Shown in pieces: positions 8,929-18,528 of a DNA stretch of 36,603 nt. Made by a program: the position numbers and the translations under genes. The stretch spans positions 1-36,603 of the forward strand of contig CAYFSC010000004.1 of the NCBI GenBank assembly GCA_964345695.1. Direction: 5' to 3'. The notes under the pieces are model-generated. The model ran no database searches and was not told where the DNA came from. It saw only the letters and a list, made by a program, of their open reading frames with translations. The stretch comes from an uncultured Rhodothermales bacterium. Its GTDB lineage: Bacteria; Bacteroidota; Rhodothermia; Rhodothermales; Salinibacteraceae. Position 1 is the first letter of the stretch; the number at the start of each line of letters is the position of its first letter.

Positions 8929-9690
8929 TTACGAAATCACGCCTCGCTCGGCGAGGGACGTATGCTCAGGCCCCGCGATAATGAGATGGTCGTGCACCGG
9001 AATGCCCATGAGTTGGCCGGCCTCGACGAGCTGGCGGGTAATGCGGATGTCTTCGCGGCTCGGCTCGGGGTTGCCGGACGGGTGGTTGTGAAGACAAATG
9101 ACGGCGGCTGCATTGTCGAGGATGGCCTTTTCAAAGACCGCCCGGGGCTCGACGATGCTGGACGCCAGTCCTCCTTTGCTGACGGTATAGTCGCCGATGA
9201 TCACGTTGGCCGTGTTCAGATGCACCACCTTGAAAATCTCCTTCTTCAGGTCGCGCATCAGCGGGCCGTAGACACTGGCCACATCCTCGGGCGAACTGAC
9301 CTGGACTCGCTCGCTGCCGCGACGCTGCGACTCGACACGACGCCCAAGTTCGAAGGCAGCCTGCAGTGTGGCAGCTTTGGCCGGGCCGACCCCCGTGACG
9401 CGCATCAGCTCCTTGAGGGCCCGACGTGAGAGGTCGTGGAGCGAGCCGTACGTCTGAAGCATCGAGCGTCCGAGGTCCACAGCCGAAAGACGCCGCTCGC
9501 CTGTTCGGGTGCCACTGCCCAGCAAGAGAGCCAGCAGTTCGGCGTCGGACAGCACCGGCGGACCGTGTTGCATCAGCTTTTCTCGCGGCTGGTCGGAGGC
9601 GTCCCACGCATGGATGGGCGCATCGTAGGCAACCGGCGGCTCTCCGGATGCGTCGGGAGCCGGCGAGGGTGGGTCGGGGGAGTCGGGCAT
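8929..9690 (-). CDS. radC: RadC-family JAB/MPN domain protein (UPF0758)
   Basis: Track ORF 8929..9756 trimmed to Met23. HhH-like region (LSDAELLALLLGSGTRTG..) and the JAMM motif HNHPSGNPEPSREDIRITRQL. Confidence 0.85.
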   Translation of the reverse strand: MPDSPDPPSPAPDASGEPPVAYDAPIHAWDASDQPREKLMQHGPPVLSDAELLALLLGSGTRTGERRLSAVDLGRSMLQTYGSLHDLSRRALKELMRVTGVGPAKAATLQAAFELGRRVESQRRGSERVQVSSPEDVASVYGPLMRDLKKEIFKVVHLNTANVIIGDYTVSKGGLASSIVEPRAVFEKAILDNAAAVICLHNHPSGNPEPSREDIRITRQLVEAGQLMGIPVHDHLIIAGPEHTSLAERGVIS

Positions 9691-9815
9691 GAAGGGGTTG
9701 CAACGGACGCAGAGGGGCGAGATGTATTCCTTAGACACATCGGCCCTCGTCCGCATAACGTCTGGCGGCGCTCCCGAAGTCCGCGGCAGGGCTGCTCCCT
9801 TTCGGCCGTCGCGGC

Positions 9816-10928
9816 CTACTCCACTACGAGTTCGTTCAACAGGTGCGCGTTGGACGGACTGTTTTTGAGGTGCCGCAGCAGCGCCTGCATGCCTTCCTGC
9901 GGCGAGCGCGAGTTGAGCGCTCGGAAGAGACGGTTGTGCTTCTGCAGCCGCACGTCGCCCAGAAGCCGCTCCTCGTTGCGGGTGCCGCTCTCCCGGAGAT
10001 TAACGGCCGGGTAGATGCGCTTGTCGGCCAGCTCGCGGTCGAGCACGATCTCGGAGTTGCCGGTGCCCTTAAACTCCTCAAAGATGACGTCATCCATGCG
10101 ACTGCCCGTTTCGACCAGGCAGGTGGCGATAATCGTGAGCGAGCCGCCGTCCTCCACGTTCCGCGCAGCGCCAAAGATCTGACGGGGCACCTTCAACGCC
10201 TCGGCGTCGAGGCCGCCCGACAGAGTACGCCCGCTGCCGTCGACCCAGAGGTTGAACGTCCGCCCGAGGCGCGTCAGCGAGTCGAGCAGCAAGACCACGT
10301 CTTCGCCCTTCTCCACGAGTCGCTTGGAGTATTCGTGGGCGAGAGTCGAAACGCGCACATGGTTGTCCTCGCCCCGGTCGTTGGAGGAGGCAAATACCTG
10401 TGCGCTCGTCGACCGGCGGAAGTCGGTGACCTCCTCCGGTCGCTCGTCCACGAGCAGCGCGACGAGTTCCACTTCTGGATGGTTGTCGGTGATGCCCGCG
10501 GCAATGTTCTTGAGCAGCACCGTCTTGCCGGCCCGCGGCGGCGACACGATCAGTGCCCGCTGCCCCTTCCCGAGCGGCGCGACGAGGTCAACCACCCGCA
10601 TCGAGACGTCGCTCGGGCCGGTGATGAGGTTGAGCTTGTCCTCAGGATAAATGATCGCGCCATGGTCGAAGTCCTTCAACTGCGCCCACTCCTTCGGGGG
10701 CAGGCCCATGACGGAGTCAATCCATCCCACCTGCATGCCGCCCTTACGGCCCGGCTTCAGATCGCCTTCGATGACGACGCCATCCCGCAGGTTGAACTTG
10801 CGGATGAGCGGCGGCGGCATGAACGGATCATCGTCATCTTTCGGAAGGTCCGGCCGCATTTCCCGCATGAAGCCGTACTTCTTGTCACCGATGAGTTCGA
10901 GAAGTCTGCGAAACGATTTCTGAGACAT
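9816..10928 (-). CDS. rho: transcription termination factor Rho, short N-terminus
   Basis: Track ORF 9816..10970; the likely start is the ATG at Met15 (MSQKSF..). RNP1-like KYGFMRE, Walker [39 protein letters not shown]. Confidence 0.93.
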   Translation of the reverse strand: MSQKSFRRLLELIGDKKYGFMREMRPDLPKDDDDPFMPPPLIRKFNLRDGVVIEGDLKPGRKGGMQVGWIDSVMGLPPKEWAQLKDFDHGAIIYPEDKLNLITGPSDVSMRVVDLVAPLGKGQRALIVSPPRAGKTVLLKNIAAGITDNHPEVELVALLVDERPEEVTDFRRSTSAQVFASSNDRGEDNHVRVSTLAHEYSKRLVEKGEDVVLLLDSLTRLGRTFNLWVDGSGRTLSGGLDAEALKVPRQIFGAARNVEDGGSLTIIATCLVETGSRMDDVIFEEFKGTGNSEIVLDRELADKRIYPAVNLRESGTRNEERLLGDVRLQKHNRLFRALNSRSPQEGMQALLRHLKNSPSNAHLLNELVVE

Positions 10929-11351
10929 AGGTCTGTGAAAAGGTGAATAATCGAGTCGGCCCACGCCCAAATCCGCGAGCGACCGACCGAAACTACGAAG
11001 TAGCGAGTGGGTGGCGAGGCGACAGACAGGTTAGACGGAGAGGTGCACGCGACACGTGCCGACAATGCTCTCACCGCTTTACCGCAACGCTAGTAGAGGC
11101 CCCCGACGGGGAGCGGACCACAGAAAGACGCCCTCATGAGCCAGGCAGATACACGATGTTCTCGGTTCGGATCGATAGGTGAATGGTGCCAAACACCTTC
11201 CGAACCCCTCGAAAGACAACGCTTTAGCGACAGCCCGGAAGCCATGATCTGGAAGCCACAATACGGCCTCTCGAACATGCCTGTGCGAGAACACACAACG
11301 AGGCGCCCGTCGTTCCGGACGAGATCAGCGCACCGCTTGCCGGTCGTCACA

Positions 11352-11379
11352 CTGAGTACCGGGTCGCGCTGAGTACCGG
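11352..11379. repeat. direct repeat CTGAGTACCGG x2 (period 17) in the rho/hydrolase divergent spacer
   Basis: Read directly and anchored on the last codons of track ORF 11136..11372 (ctg agt acc ggg tcg cgc tga gtaccgg). Confidence 0.6.
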
Positions 11380-11425
11380 ATCGTATGCAAATTGCGCGCA
11401 GTGTAGACAGCCTAATCAAATTGCG

Positions 11426-12295
11426 TTGTGGTTGGGGAACGCCACCGCACGTCGATGGTTTCCCGCATCCTCTTTCGCTCGGTTCCCTCCTTCCTCGTCC
11501 CCTGTCTCCGCTCTTCTCGTGACATATGCCGACCTGCGCATCGACCGACGGGGACCGTCCGACGGCGATGCTCTTCTGCTCCTGCATGGCTGGGGCAGGA
11601 GCGGCCGAGACATGCAGTTTATTGCCGAGGCACTGGCCGGAGCATATCAGATCCATACCGTCGACCTTCCTGGCCACGGCGCGTCGCCTCCACCGCCCAC
11701 TGCCTGGGGCGTCCCTGAGCACGCCCGCCTGCTTCATACCTACATCCAAGACGAGATCCGGAAGCCGGTTTCCATCGTCGGCCATTCCAACGGAGGCCGC
11801 ATCGCCCTGTACATGGCGAGCGAACCAGAGATGCAATCCGCCGTGCGGCGGCTGGTCCTGATCAGCCCGTCCGGCATTGCTCCCGAGCGTTCATGGTCGG
11901 TGGCCATGCGGTCCACCGTCGCTACGACGCTGAAGGCGCCCCTCCAGATGCTTCCTCCTTCGCTACGGACACCCGCCCTAGATTGGCTCCGGCATTCGGC
12001 CCTGTGGCGGCTGCTGGGCTCTTCGGACTACAATCGGGCGACCGGAGCGATGCGTGAAACGTTCGTCAAGACCGTGAGCCATCATCTGGACGATCGGGTA
12101 TGCCGCATCCAAATCCCGGTGCTCATCTTCTGGGGCACTGCGGATGAGGCCGTGTCTCGCCGTCAGATGGAAACCCTCGACGCGGAGATCGACGATTGCG
12201 GAGTCGTCGAACTGGAGGGAGCAGGCCATTACGGTCACCAGGAGCAGGTTGATACATTTCTTTCTGCAACCCGATATTTTCTGGAGGAAACCTGA
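11426..12295 (+). CDS. alpha/beta hydrolase fold protein
   Basis: HGWGRSG oxyanion region, nucleophile elbow GHSNGG, C-terminal GAGHYGHQE (catalytic His). The track start is a TTG; an in-frame GTG at 11519 is an alternative. Confidence 0.8.
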   Translation: MWLGNATARRWFPASSFARFPPSSSPVSALLVTYADLRIDRRGPSDGDALLLLHGWGRSGRDMQFIAEALAGAYQIHTVDLPGHGASPPPPTAWGVPEHARLLHTYIQDEIRKPVSIVGHSNGGRIALYMASEPEMQSAVRRLVLISPSGIAPERSWSVAMRSTVATTLKAPLQMLPPSLRTPALDWLRHSALWRLLGSSDYNRATGAMRETFVKTVSHHLDDRVCRIQIPVLIFWGTADEAVSRRQMETLDAEIDDCGVVELEGAGHYGHQEQVDTFLSATRYFLEET

Positions 12296-12460
12296 CGCCG
12301 ACTCGTTCGGCTTCCGGACTCGCCGCCTGCAGGTTGCGGCTCCCGCTGCTTGACTCCAGGTCCTGCAGAGCCGGCCTTCGTTGCCTCGCACGCGCCGAAG
12401 GCTGTGCCGGCTCCTGGGAGGCAGCAGGCTCCGCGGTCTTCAATCAGCCCTTCTCCGCCG

Positions 12461-14089
12461 ATGGTCATCTTTCTTGCCTTTCTTGCGCTGCTTGCCACCC
12501 TCGCCGCAGGGTGGCGCGCAACCCGTCGGACGCGCTTCTTTCTCCACATCTTTCAGCTGGAAACCTACAAGCTCGATCGCTACACCGATTGGCTCGGCGA
12601 CCATGGGTCTCTCATCGTGCGCCCCTCTCACGCGGTGGCTGCAGTGGCATGGGTGGGCGCAGTGGCCGGGTTTGCGTTCGTTCCTTCTCCGTGGATCGCC
12701 GCCCTCCTTCTCGTAGCATGGACCGGCGCGTTCCTCTCTTCCCGGGCTTACCGCAGGGACCAAGAGAAGAAGCCCCTTGCCTTTACCGCGCGCATGACCC
12801 GGCTGGCAGTCATCACCGCGGTCTTGGCTCTCCTTCCGGTGGGGCTCGGGGCCTGGTTCGGCACGCAGATCGGGACGGCAAGCGGATTCCTCTGGTACGT
12901 GCTGGGCTGGTACCTTGCCGACCTGGGGGCGCCCCTCTGGGTCATGGCTGGCGGCGTTCTGATGCAGCCGGTGGAACATGCCATCCACGAAGGCTTCAAG
13001 CGGCAGGCTCGCGACCGGCTCGACGCCCGCGCCGACCTGACGGTGATCGGAATCACGGGCTCCTACGGCAAAACCAGCACCAAATTTATCCTCGCCGAAC
13101 TGCTGCGCCAAAAGTACAACGTGCTGGAAACGCCCAGCTCGTACAACACGCCCATGGGCATTTGCATCGCGGTCAACGAGAAGCTGCGTCCTGAACATCA
13201 GGTGCTGGTCCTCGAAATGGGCATGCGCTACCGCGGCGACATCGAAGAGCTCTGTCGCATCGCCCCGCCCGACATTTCGGTGGTGACGACCGTTGGCGTG
13301 GCCCACCTCGACACGATGGGATCAATCGAAAACATTGCCCGCGAGAAAGGCGATATTTTGACGTACATGCAGGACGACGGTACGGCCGTCTTGAACGTGG
13401 ACAACGAGCACGTGGCTGGAATGATAGAGCGAGCGCCGGGAGCCGTCTGGCGCGTCTCGGTCGCGGGCCGCGACGAGGCCGACGTGACGGCCCGTGACAT
13501 CCAGTATGACACGCAGGGGACGGCCTTCACCGTGCGAGACGAATCCGGCGAAGAGGCCCGGTTTCAGACCCAACTGCTGGGAGTCCATAACGTCCTCAAC
13601 ACGCTCTTGGCCGTGGCGGTGGGCCGTGCGATGGGCCTTCGGCTCCGGGCCATGGCGCACGCCGCCGAGCGGATCGAGCCGATCGAGCACCGCCTGGCCT
13701 TACGCCAAGAAGGACCGATCACCATCATCGACGACGCCTTCAATTCGAATCCAGTGGGGGCCCGCAACGCGGTCGAAATTCTCGCGTCCATGGACGAGGG
13801 GCGCCGCGTGATCGTGACGCCCGGCATGGTGGAACTCGGCAAGCGCCAGCACGAGGAGAACAAGGCGCTGGGTCGCCACATCGCCGAGCATGATCTTGAC
13901 CTCGCCGTGCTCGTCGGCGAGGAACAGACGCGCCCGATCCAAGAGGGACTGCGAGAGGCCGCGTTTCCCGCCGGACGGACGGAGGTCGTTGCGACTTTGT
14001 TCGACGCGCAGGAGGTGCTCAACCGCTACCTGCAACCGGGCGACATCGTTCTTTACGAAAACGATCTCCCGGATCAGTACGACGTGTAG
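12461..14089 (+). CDS. Mur ligase family protein, MurF-like catalytic and C-terminal domains fused to an N-terminal multi-pass membrane domain
   Basis: Track ORF starts at TTG 12350; the first ATG is at 12461 (MVIFLAFLALL..). About 190 aa with 4-5 hydrophobic helices, then GITGSYGKTSTK, VLEMGMRYRGDI, VGVAHLDTMGS, HNVLN, DDAFNSNP, TPGMVELG. Confidence 0.85.
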   Translation: MVIFLAFLALLATLAAGWRATRRTRFFLHIFQLETYKLDRYTDWLGDHGSLIVRPSHAVAAVAWVGAVAGFAFVPSPWIAALLLVAWTGAFLSSRAYRRDQEKKPLAFTARMTRLAVITAVLALLPVGLGAWFGTQIGTASGFLWYVLGWYLADLGAPLWVMAGGVLMQPVEHAIHEGFKRQARDRLDARADLTVIGITGSYGKTSTKFILAELLRQKYNVLETPSSYNTPMGICIAVNEKLRPEHQVLVLEMGMRYRGDIEELCRIAPPDISVVTTVGVAHLDTMGSIENIAREKGDILTYMQDDGTAVLNVDNEHVAGMIERAPGAVWRVSVAGRDEADVTARDIQYDTQGTAFTVRDESGEEARFQTQLLGVHNVLNTLLAVAVGRAMGLRLRAMAHAAERIEPIEHRLALRQEGPITIIDDAFNSNPVGARNAVEILASMDEGRRVIVTPGMVELGKRQHEENKALGRHIAEHDLDLAVLVGEEQTRPIQEGLREAAFPAGRTEVVATLFDAQEVLNRYLQPGDIVLYENDLPDQYDV

Positions 14090-14221
14090 AGACCGCGGCG
14101 GCGTCCCCCGAAGATCCTCCGGGAAAGAGCCTCGCCAGAACTTGAAATCCGTGCCCTGGAAGTTATCGCACGCGTTCGGTAGAGTGGGTCCGCACGGACT
14201 TTTTCATTCACACCGAAATGC

Positions 14222-14812
14222 ATGCTTGACCACGAACGTCGTCTTTGGAAGTCGGGATACGAGCGTGTAGCAGGCCTCGACGAGGCCGGTCGCGGATGCC
14301 TGGCCGGACCCGTCGTGGCTGCGGCCGTGATTCTGCCTCCGGGCCCGGAGATTCCGTCAATCCAGGACAGCAAATCGCTGTCGGAAGCCGAGCGAATGGA
14401 GGCGCGGGAGCACATTGAAGCAGAAGCCTTGGCGGCGGCCATCGGCATCTGCTCGCCGCAGGAAATCGACACGCTGAACATCTTGCGGGCCGCGCTCAAG
14501 GCCATGCGGCGGGCCGCGTCGGACTGTCAGCCCGCGCCCGACTTTCTGCTGGTGGACGGGAATCGATGGTTGGAGGACTCAAGCTGGCCGTACGAAACCG
14601 TCGTCAAGGGCGATGCCACCAGCCAATCCATCGCTGCCGCTTCGATCCTGGCCAAGACCGAACGCGATGCCATGATGCGTCAGCTTCACGAAGAGCATCC
14701 GGAGTACAGCTGGGACACGAACGTGGGCTATCCGACGCAGGCCCACTACGCGGCCCTCGATGAGCACGGTGTGACCCCGTTTCATCGCCAGTCGTTTAAG
14801 CTCCACAAATAG
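14222..14812 (+). CDS. rnhB: ribonuclease HII
   Basis: VAGLDEAGRGCLAGPVVAAAV (DEAGRG motif), LVDGN, SIAAASILAKTERD. 196 aa. Confidence 0.92.
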   Translation: MLDHERRLWKSGYERVAGLDEAGRGCLAGPVVAAAVILPPGPEIPSIQDSKSLSEAERMEAREHIEAEALAAAIGICSPQEIDTLNILRAALKAMRRAASDCQPAPDFLLVDGNRWLEDSSWPYETVVKGDATSQSIAAASILAKTERDAMMRQLHEEHPEYSWDTNVGYPTQAHYAALDEHGVTPFHRQSFKLHK

Positions 14813-14838
14813 CCGGAGGCCGCGTCCGCAGCCTCGGC
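14812..14838. terminator. GC-rich hairpin between convergent rnhB and aroK (possible bidirectional terminator)
   Basis: GCCGGAGGC / GCCTCGGC gives 8 bp plus one bulged G, with a 10-nt loop. Only a weak U-tract on either strand (TATTTGTGG on the minus strand). Confidence 0.3.
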
Positions 14839-14875
14839 TTCCGACGCTGCACGCCTTCGGAAGGAGTGCCTTCCT

Positions 14876-15421
14876 TCAGGAGGAACGCTTTCGCTCCCAG
14901 ACCTTGGCGATCTCGGCAAGGATCTCCGCGAGCGTGTCGGGCGGGCGGTGCGCGTCGACCGTGACGTGCGCCTGCTCGTAGGCCGCCCGGCGTGCGCTCA
15001 GCATTCGCTCGATGCGCTGCCGCATGGCCTGGCGCGGCAAAGGCTCCCCGTGCGCGTCCTGTAACAGCGGGCGGTGCGCGGCCTCCTCCGCGACACGCTT
15101 CACGATGATATCGGCCGGAACCTGCAGGTACACGAGCATGCCATGCTCCTTGGCAAAGGCGCGGTTGGCATCGTCCACGATCGTTCCGCCTCCGAGAGCC
15201 ACGACGACATCCTCCGTGTCGGCCGTGTCCCAGAGGGCCCGCGTCTCTCGCTGTCGGAATCCCATCTCGCCTTCCTCCGCAAAGATCTCTGGGATCGTGC
15301 GTTCGGCGGAGGCCGCGATGACATCGTCGAGGTCGCAGAACTCCAGTCCGAGACGCGCGGCGACTTTCGGCCCTACGGTCGACTTGCCGCTTGCCATGAA
15401 TCCCGCCAGGTACATACGCAT
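14876..15421 (-). CDS. aroK: shikimate kinase
   Basis: [18 protein letters not shown]-loop, [13 protein letters not shown] motif. 181 aa. Confidence 0.9.
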   Translation of the reverse strand: MRMYLAGFMASGKSTVGPKVAARLGLEFCDLDDVIAASAERTIPEIFAEEGEMGFRQRETRALWDTADTEDVVVALGGGTIVDDANRAFAKEHGMLVYLQVPADIIVKRVAEEAAHRPLLQDAHGEPLPRQAMRQRIERMLSARRAAYEQAHVTVDAHRPPDTLAEILAEIAKVWERKRSS

Positions 15422-15480
15422 TGAGAGGATCGACGCTTGCAGAAACAGATTCGACGGGGTCTCACACAGACCCAGAGGCG

Positions 15481-16293
15481 ATGCCTCGATACCGTTTGCT
15501 CATCGAGTACGACGGAACCGACTTCCACGGGTGGCAGATCCAACCCGAGGTGGCCACTGTGCAGGGCGCTCTCGAAGACGCCATCGCGACGATCTTCTCT
15601 GCAGACTGTCGCGTAACCGGCTCGGGACGCACGGACGCCGGGGTGCACGCTCGCCGTCAGGTGGCCCACGTGGATCTTCCTGAGTCGGTGGACCCCTTCC
15701 GGCTGCGCGGGTCGTTGAATGGACTAACGCCCGACGGCGTGGCAGTGCGTGCGGTTGAGGCCGCACCGGAAGGGTTCCACGCCCGCTACGACGCCCGACG
15801 ACGGAGCTACCGCTACCGGATTCACACCGAGCCCTGTGCCCTGGAGCGTCACACCCGGACGCTGCTGCGGCCGGTTCCGGACTTCGAACGCATGAACCGC
15901 GCTGCGTCCGATTTGCTGGGCCGTCATCCCTTTGGGGCGTTCTGCATCACGCAGTCCAACACCGAGAATCGCGTCTGCACCCTCGCCACCGCGCGGTGGC
16001 GCTCCGGGGCACGCCGTGGATTTTGGCGGTTCGAGATTGAAGGCGACCGGTTTCTGCATGGCATGGTCCGGGCCATTGTGGGCACGCTCGTGGAAATTGG
16101 GCGGGACCAGCGTCCGGCGGACGACATTCTGCGCCTCTTCGACGTGCAGGACCGCCGCGCAGCCGGTCCTTCAATGCCTCCCGAGGGACTGGTGCTCGCA
16201 TCCGTCCAGTACGAGGACCCGCTCTTCACGGCCGACCACCGCGAGGCCCTGGTTCCAGCAACCGCCTCCCTCCGTGGATCGCACGACCCGTGA
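15481..16293 (+). CDS. truA: tRNA pseudouridine(38-40) synthase TruA
   Basis: Track ORF 15421..16293 trimmed to Met21 ([21 protein letters not shown]). Catalytic-Asp motif [11 protein letters not shown]. Confidence 0.92.
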   Translation: MPRYRLLIEYDGTDFHGWQIQPEVATVQGALEDAIATIFSADCRVTGSGRTDAGVHARRQVAHVDLPESVDPFRLRGSLNGLTPDGVAVRAVEAAPEGFHARYDARRRSYRYRIHTEPCALERHTRTLLRPVPDFERMNRAASDLLGRHPFGAFCITQSNTENRVCTLATARWRSGARRGFWRFEIEGDRFLHGMVRAIVGTLVEIGRDQRPADDILRLFDVQDRRAAGPSMPPEGLVLASVQYEDPLFTADHREALVPATASLRGSHDP

Positions 16294-16341
16294 TCTCCGT
16301 ACTCTCACTTGCATCCTCGCTATTCATCGATACTCCGACCG

Positions 16342-16527
16342 ATGGACCTCGACATCCGCACCATCCTGCGCTGGCTCATCATTGGCGTGCTTGCCTGGAT
16401 CGGGCTGAGCCTCGTCGGCGTTCTTGCCGACATCGCGAGCGCCGTGGTCCACCTGGGCCTGCGTGTTGGCGTGATTGTGCTTGTGGTCCTGCTGGCCATT
16501 CGCCTTCTTGAACATCTGCGATCCTGA
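16342..16527 (+). CDS. small hypothetical membrane protein (2 predicted TM helices)
   Basis: Track ORF 16309 (TTG) trimmed to the ATG at Met12. MDLDIRTILRWLIIGVLAWIGLSLVGVLADIASAVVHLGLRVGVIVLVVLLAIRLL. Strong G/C or T at third codon positions by eye. Confidence 0.55.
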   Translation: MDLDIRTILRWLIIGVLAWIGLSLVGVLADIASAVVHLGLRVGVIVLVVLLAIRLLEHLRS

Positions 16528-16596
16528 CGGCCGCGTCTGCGCTCGCCGGGACTGCATCTCCTTGTTCGTCCTTTCTTCCACATCCCTCCCTTTCCC

Positions 16597-17895
16597 GTGC
16601 CTACCGTTGATGCTCCGGCCCCTCCAGATCCCGACGCCACCGACACCGTGTACGGCGTTCCTGCCGAAGCGCACCTGCTGAAGCAGGTGATTGTTCACAC
16701 GCCGGGTGAGGAAATGGAGCTTGTGGCGCCCACGAATCGCCGCGAGCTGCTCTTCGACGACATCCTGTTTGTCGGACATGCACGGGAGGAGCACAAACTG
16801 ATGTGCTCGCTGTTCGAAACCGTCGTCGGCGAACCGGACACGGTGCTGCAAATTCGCGACTTGCTGACCGAAACGTTCGAGCGGGAAGAAGCGCGAGCAG
16901 CCTTCGTCGACCGGCTCTGTCGCGACCTGCCCGAGGCAAACCTGCAGGCTGTCGCCGACGAACTGAAGCAGTTTGCACCGCCCGACCTCTGTCGCTTTGC
17001 ACTCTCGGGGGAGTCCGACCTTCCCGTGTCGGTTCCTCCTGTCCCGAACCTCATGTTCACGCGCGACCTCGCGGCGGTGGTCCACGACCATATTATTCTA
17101 AGCCATGCCGCCACGGCAGCCCGGACTCGCGAGAGCATCATCATTAACATCATCCTCAACCATCACCCCCGGTTCGAGAGTCAGAGCGACCACGTGATCG
17201 AGCTTCCGCGGGGCGTTACCTTTGAAGGCGGCGACCTGCTCGTCGCGAGTCCGAAGGTGGTGCTCATTGGCCACTCCGAGCGCACCTCCTTCGGGGCCAT
17301 CATGGCCATCGCGCGCGAACTCTTCGATCGGACCCCCGTCGAGCACGTCCTTGCTGTCGACCTTCCGAAGCGGCGGGCCACCATGCACCTGGACACGGTC
17401 TTCACCTTCGCCTCTCCGAACGAGGTGATCGCCTTTCCACCGTTGCTGGAGCGCTTCGGCTTCGGGTACTCGGTGCATCTGCGGGCCTCCGACGAGCCCG
17501 GCCGCTTTATCACCGACATGCGCATGAGGCTGCGGGACGCCATCGAGGAGTTGGTCGACCGCAACCTCACCTTTATCCCTTGCGGCGGCCAGGAGCGCCT
17601 GCACCAAGAGCGGGAGCAGTGGACCGACGGCGCCAACGTCTTTGCGGTTGCCCCCGGCACCATCGTGGGCTACGAGCGGAACCATCGCACCTTCGATGGC
17701 CTCCGTGACCACGGCTACCGGGTCGTCACGGCCGATAGTTTTCTGTCGTACTACGGGTCCAGCTCGTTCCGACCCAGCCAAGAGAAGGTGGCCATACAGC
17801 TGGCTGGCACGGAACTCTCGCGTGGACGCGGCGGGCCCCGCTGCATGACGCTGCCCATCGCCCGGCATGCCTCGCCGACGGGAGATGACGCATGA
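16597..17895 (+). CDS. arcA: arginine deiminase family protein
   Basis: VIVHTPGEEMELVAPTNRRELLFDDILFV, FTRDL, GGDLLV, HLDTVF, C-terminal catalytic Cys context GGPRCMTLPI. GTG start. Confidence 0.8.
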   Translation: MPTVDAPAPPDPDATDTVYGVPAEAHLLKQVIVHTPGEEMELVAPTNRRELLFDDILFVGHAREEHKLMCSLFETVVGEPDTVLQIRDLLTETFEREEARAAFVDRLCRDLPEANLQAVADELKQFAPPDLCRFALSGESDLPVSVPPVPNLMFTRDLAAVVHDHIILSHAATAARTRESIIINIILNHHPRFESQSDHVIELPRGVTFEGGDLLVASPKVVLIGHSERTSFGAIMAIARELFDRTPVEHVLAVDLPKRRATMHLDTVFTFASPNEVIAFPPLLERFGFGYSVHLRASDEPGRFITDMRMRLRDAIEELVDRNLTFIPCGGQERLHQEREQWTDGANVFAVAPGTIVGYERNHRTFDGLRDHGYRVVTADSFLSYYGSSSFRPSQEKVAIQLAGTELSRGRGGPRCMTLPIARHASPTGDDA

Positions 17896-18051
17896 TCGAG
17901 ATGTGGGAGTGGATGCTGTGTCGATTCCGGACTCGGGACAACCGCGAATCCCGTCTCGGTCGGACAACCCCGGGTGCCGGTATCCATTGGCGCCCCTCGA
18001 GGCGCCGGTTTCGCACCTAGGATTTCGACGCTTGTGAGCCTTCATCGCTTG

Positions 18052-18507
18052 ATGACCCCCCACCGACAGTGGATGCAAGCCGCCCTGCGGCTGGCGGAGC
18101 GCGCCTATGACGCGGGCGAGGTGCCCGTGGGCGCTGTGGTCGTGAAAGGCGACCGGATCGTCGGCCGGGGGCGCAATCGGGTCGAGCAGTTGCAGGACCC
18201 TACGGCGCATGCCGAGATTCTGGCCATCACGGCTGCCTGCGACACCCTCGGCACCAAGTTTTTGACGGACTGCACGCTGTACGTCACGCTTGAGCCGTGC
18301 CCCATGTGCGCCGGGGCCACCGTTGGTGCACGGCTGCATCGCCTCGTCTTCGGTGCCTTCGACGAGAAGGCGGGCGCGGCCTCCACCCTGTACACCATCC
18401 CGCGCGATGCCCGCCTCAACCATCAGGTCGAGATCCTCTCCGGGGTGGAGCGCGATCGCGCCGCAGGGCTGCTCCAGGCCTTTTTTCAGGAGCGCCGGGA
18501 TGCGTAG
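18052..18507 (+). CDS. tadA: tRNA adenosine(34) deaminase TadA
   Basis: Track ORF 17974 trimmed to Met27. CDA zinc motifs HAEILAI and LEPCPMCAG. Confidence 0.9.
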   Translation: MTPHRQWMQAALRLAERAYDAGEVPVGAVVVKGDRIVGRGRNRVEQLQDPTAHAEILAITAACDTLGTKFLTDCTLYVTLEPCPMCAGATVGARLHRLVFGAFDEKAGAASTLYTIPRDARLNHQVEILSGVERDRAAGLLQAFFQERRDA

Positions 18508-18528
18508 CCGTCTTGCCGTGCTCGCCGT

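Noticed and set aside
11079-11836. Minus-strand ORFs 11079..11294 and 11090..11836 upstream of rho, considered as a possible detached N-terminal Rho domain or a leader peptide.
   Set aside because: Their sequences show no resemblance to the Rho helix-bundle subdomain. The longer one is antisense to the alpha/beta hydrolase gene.
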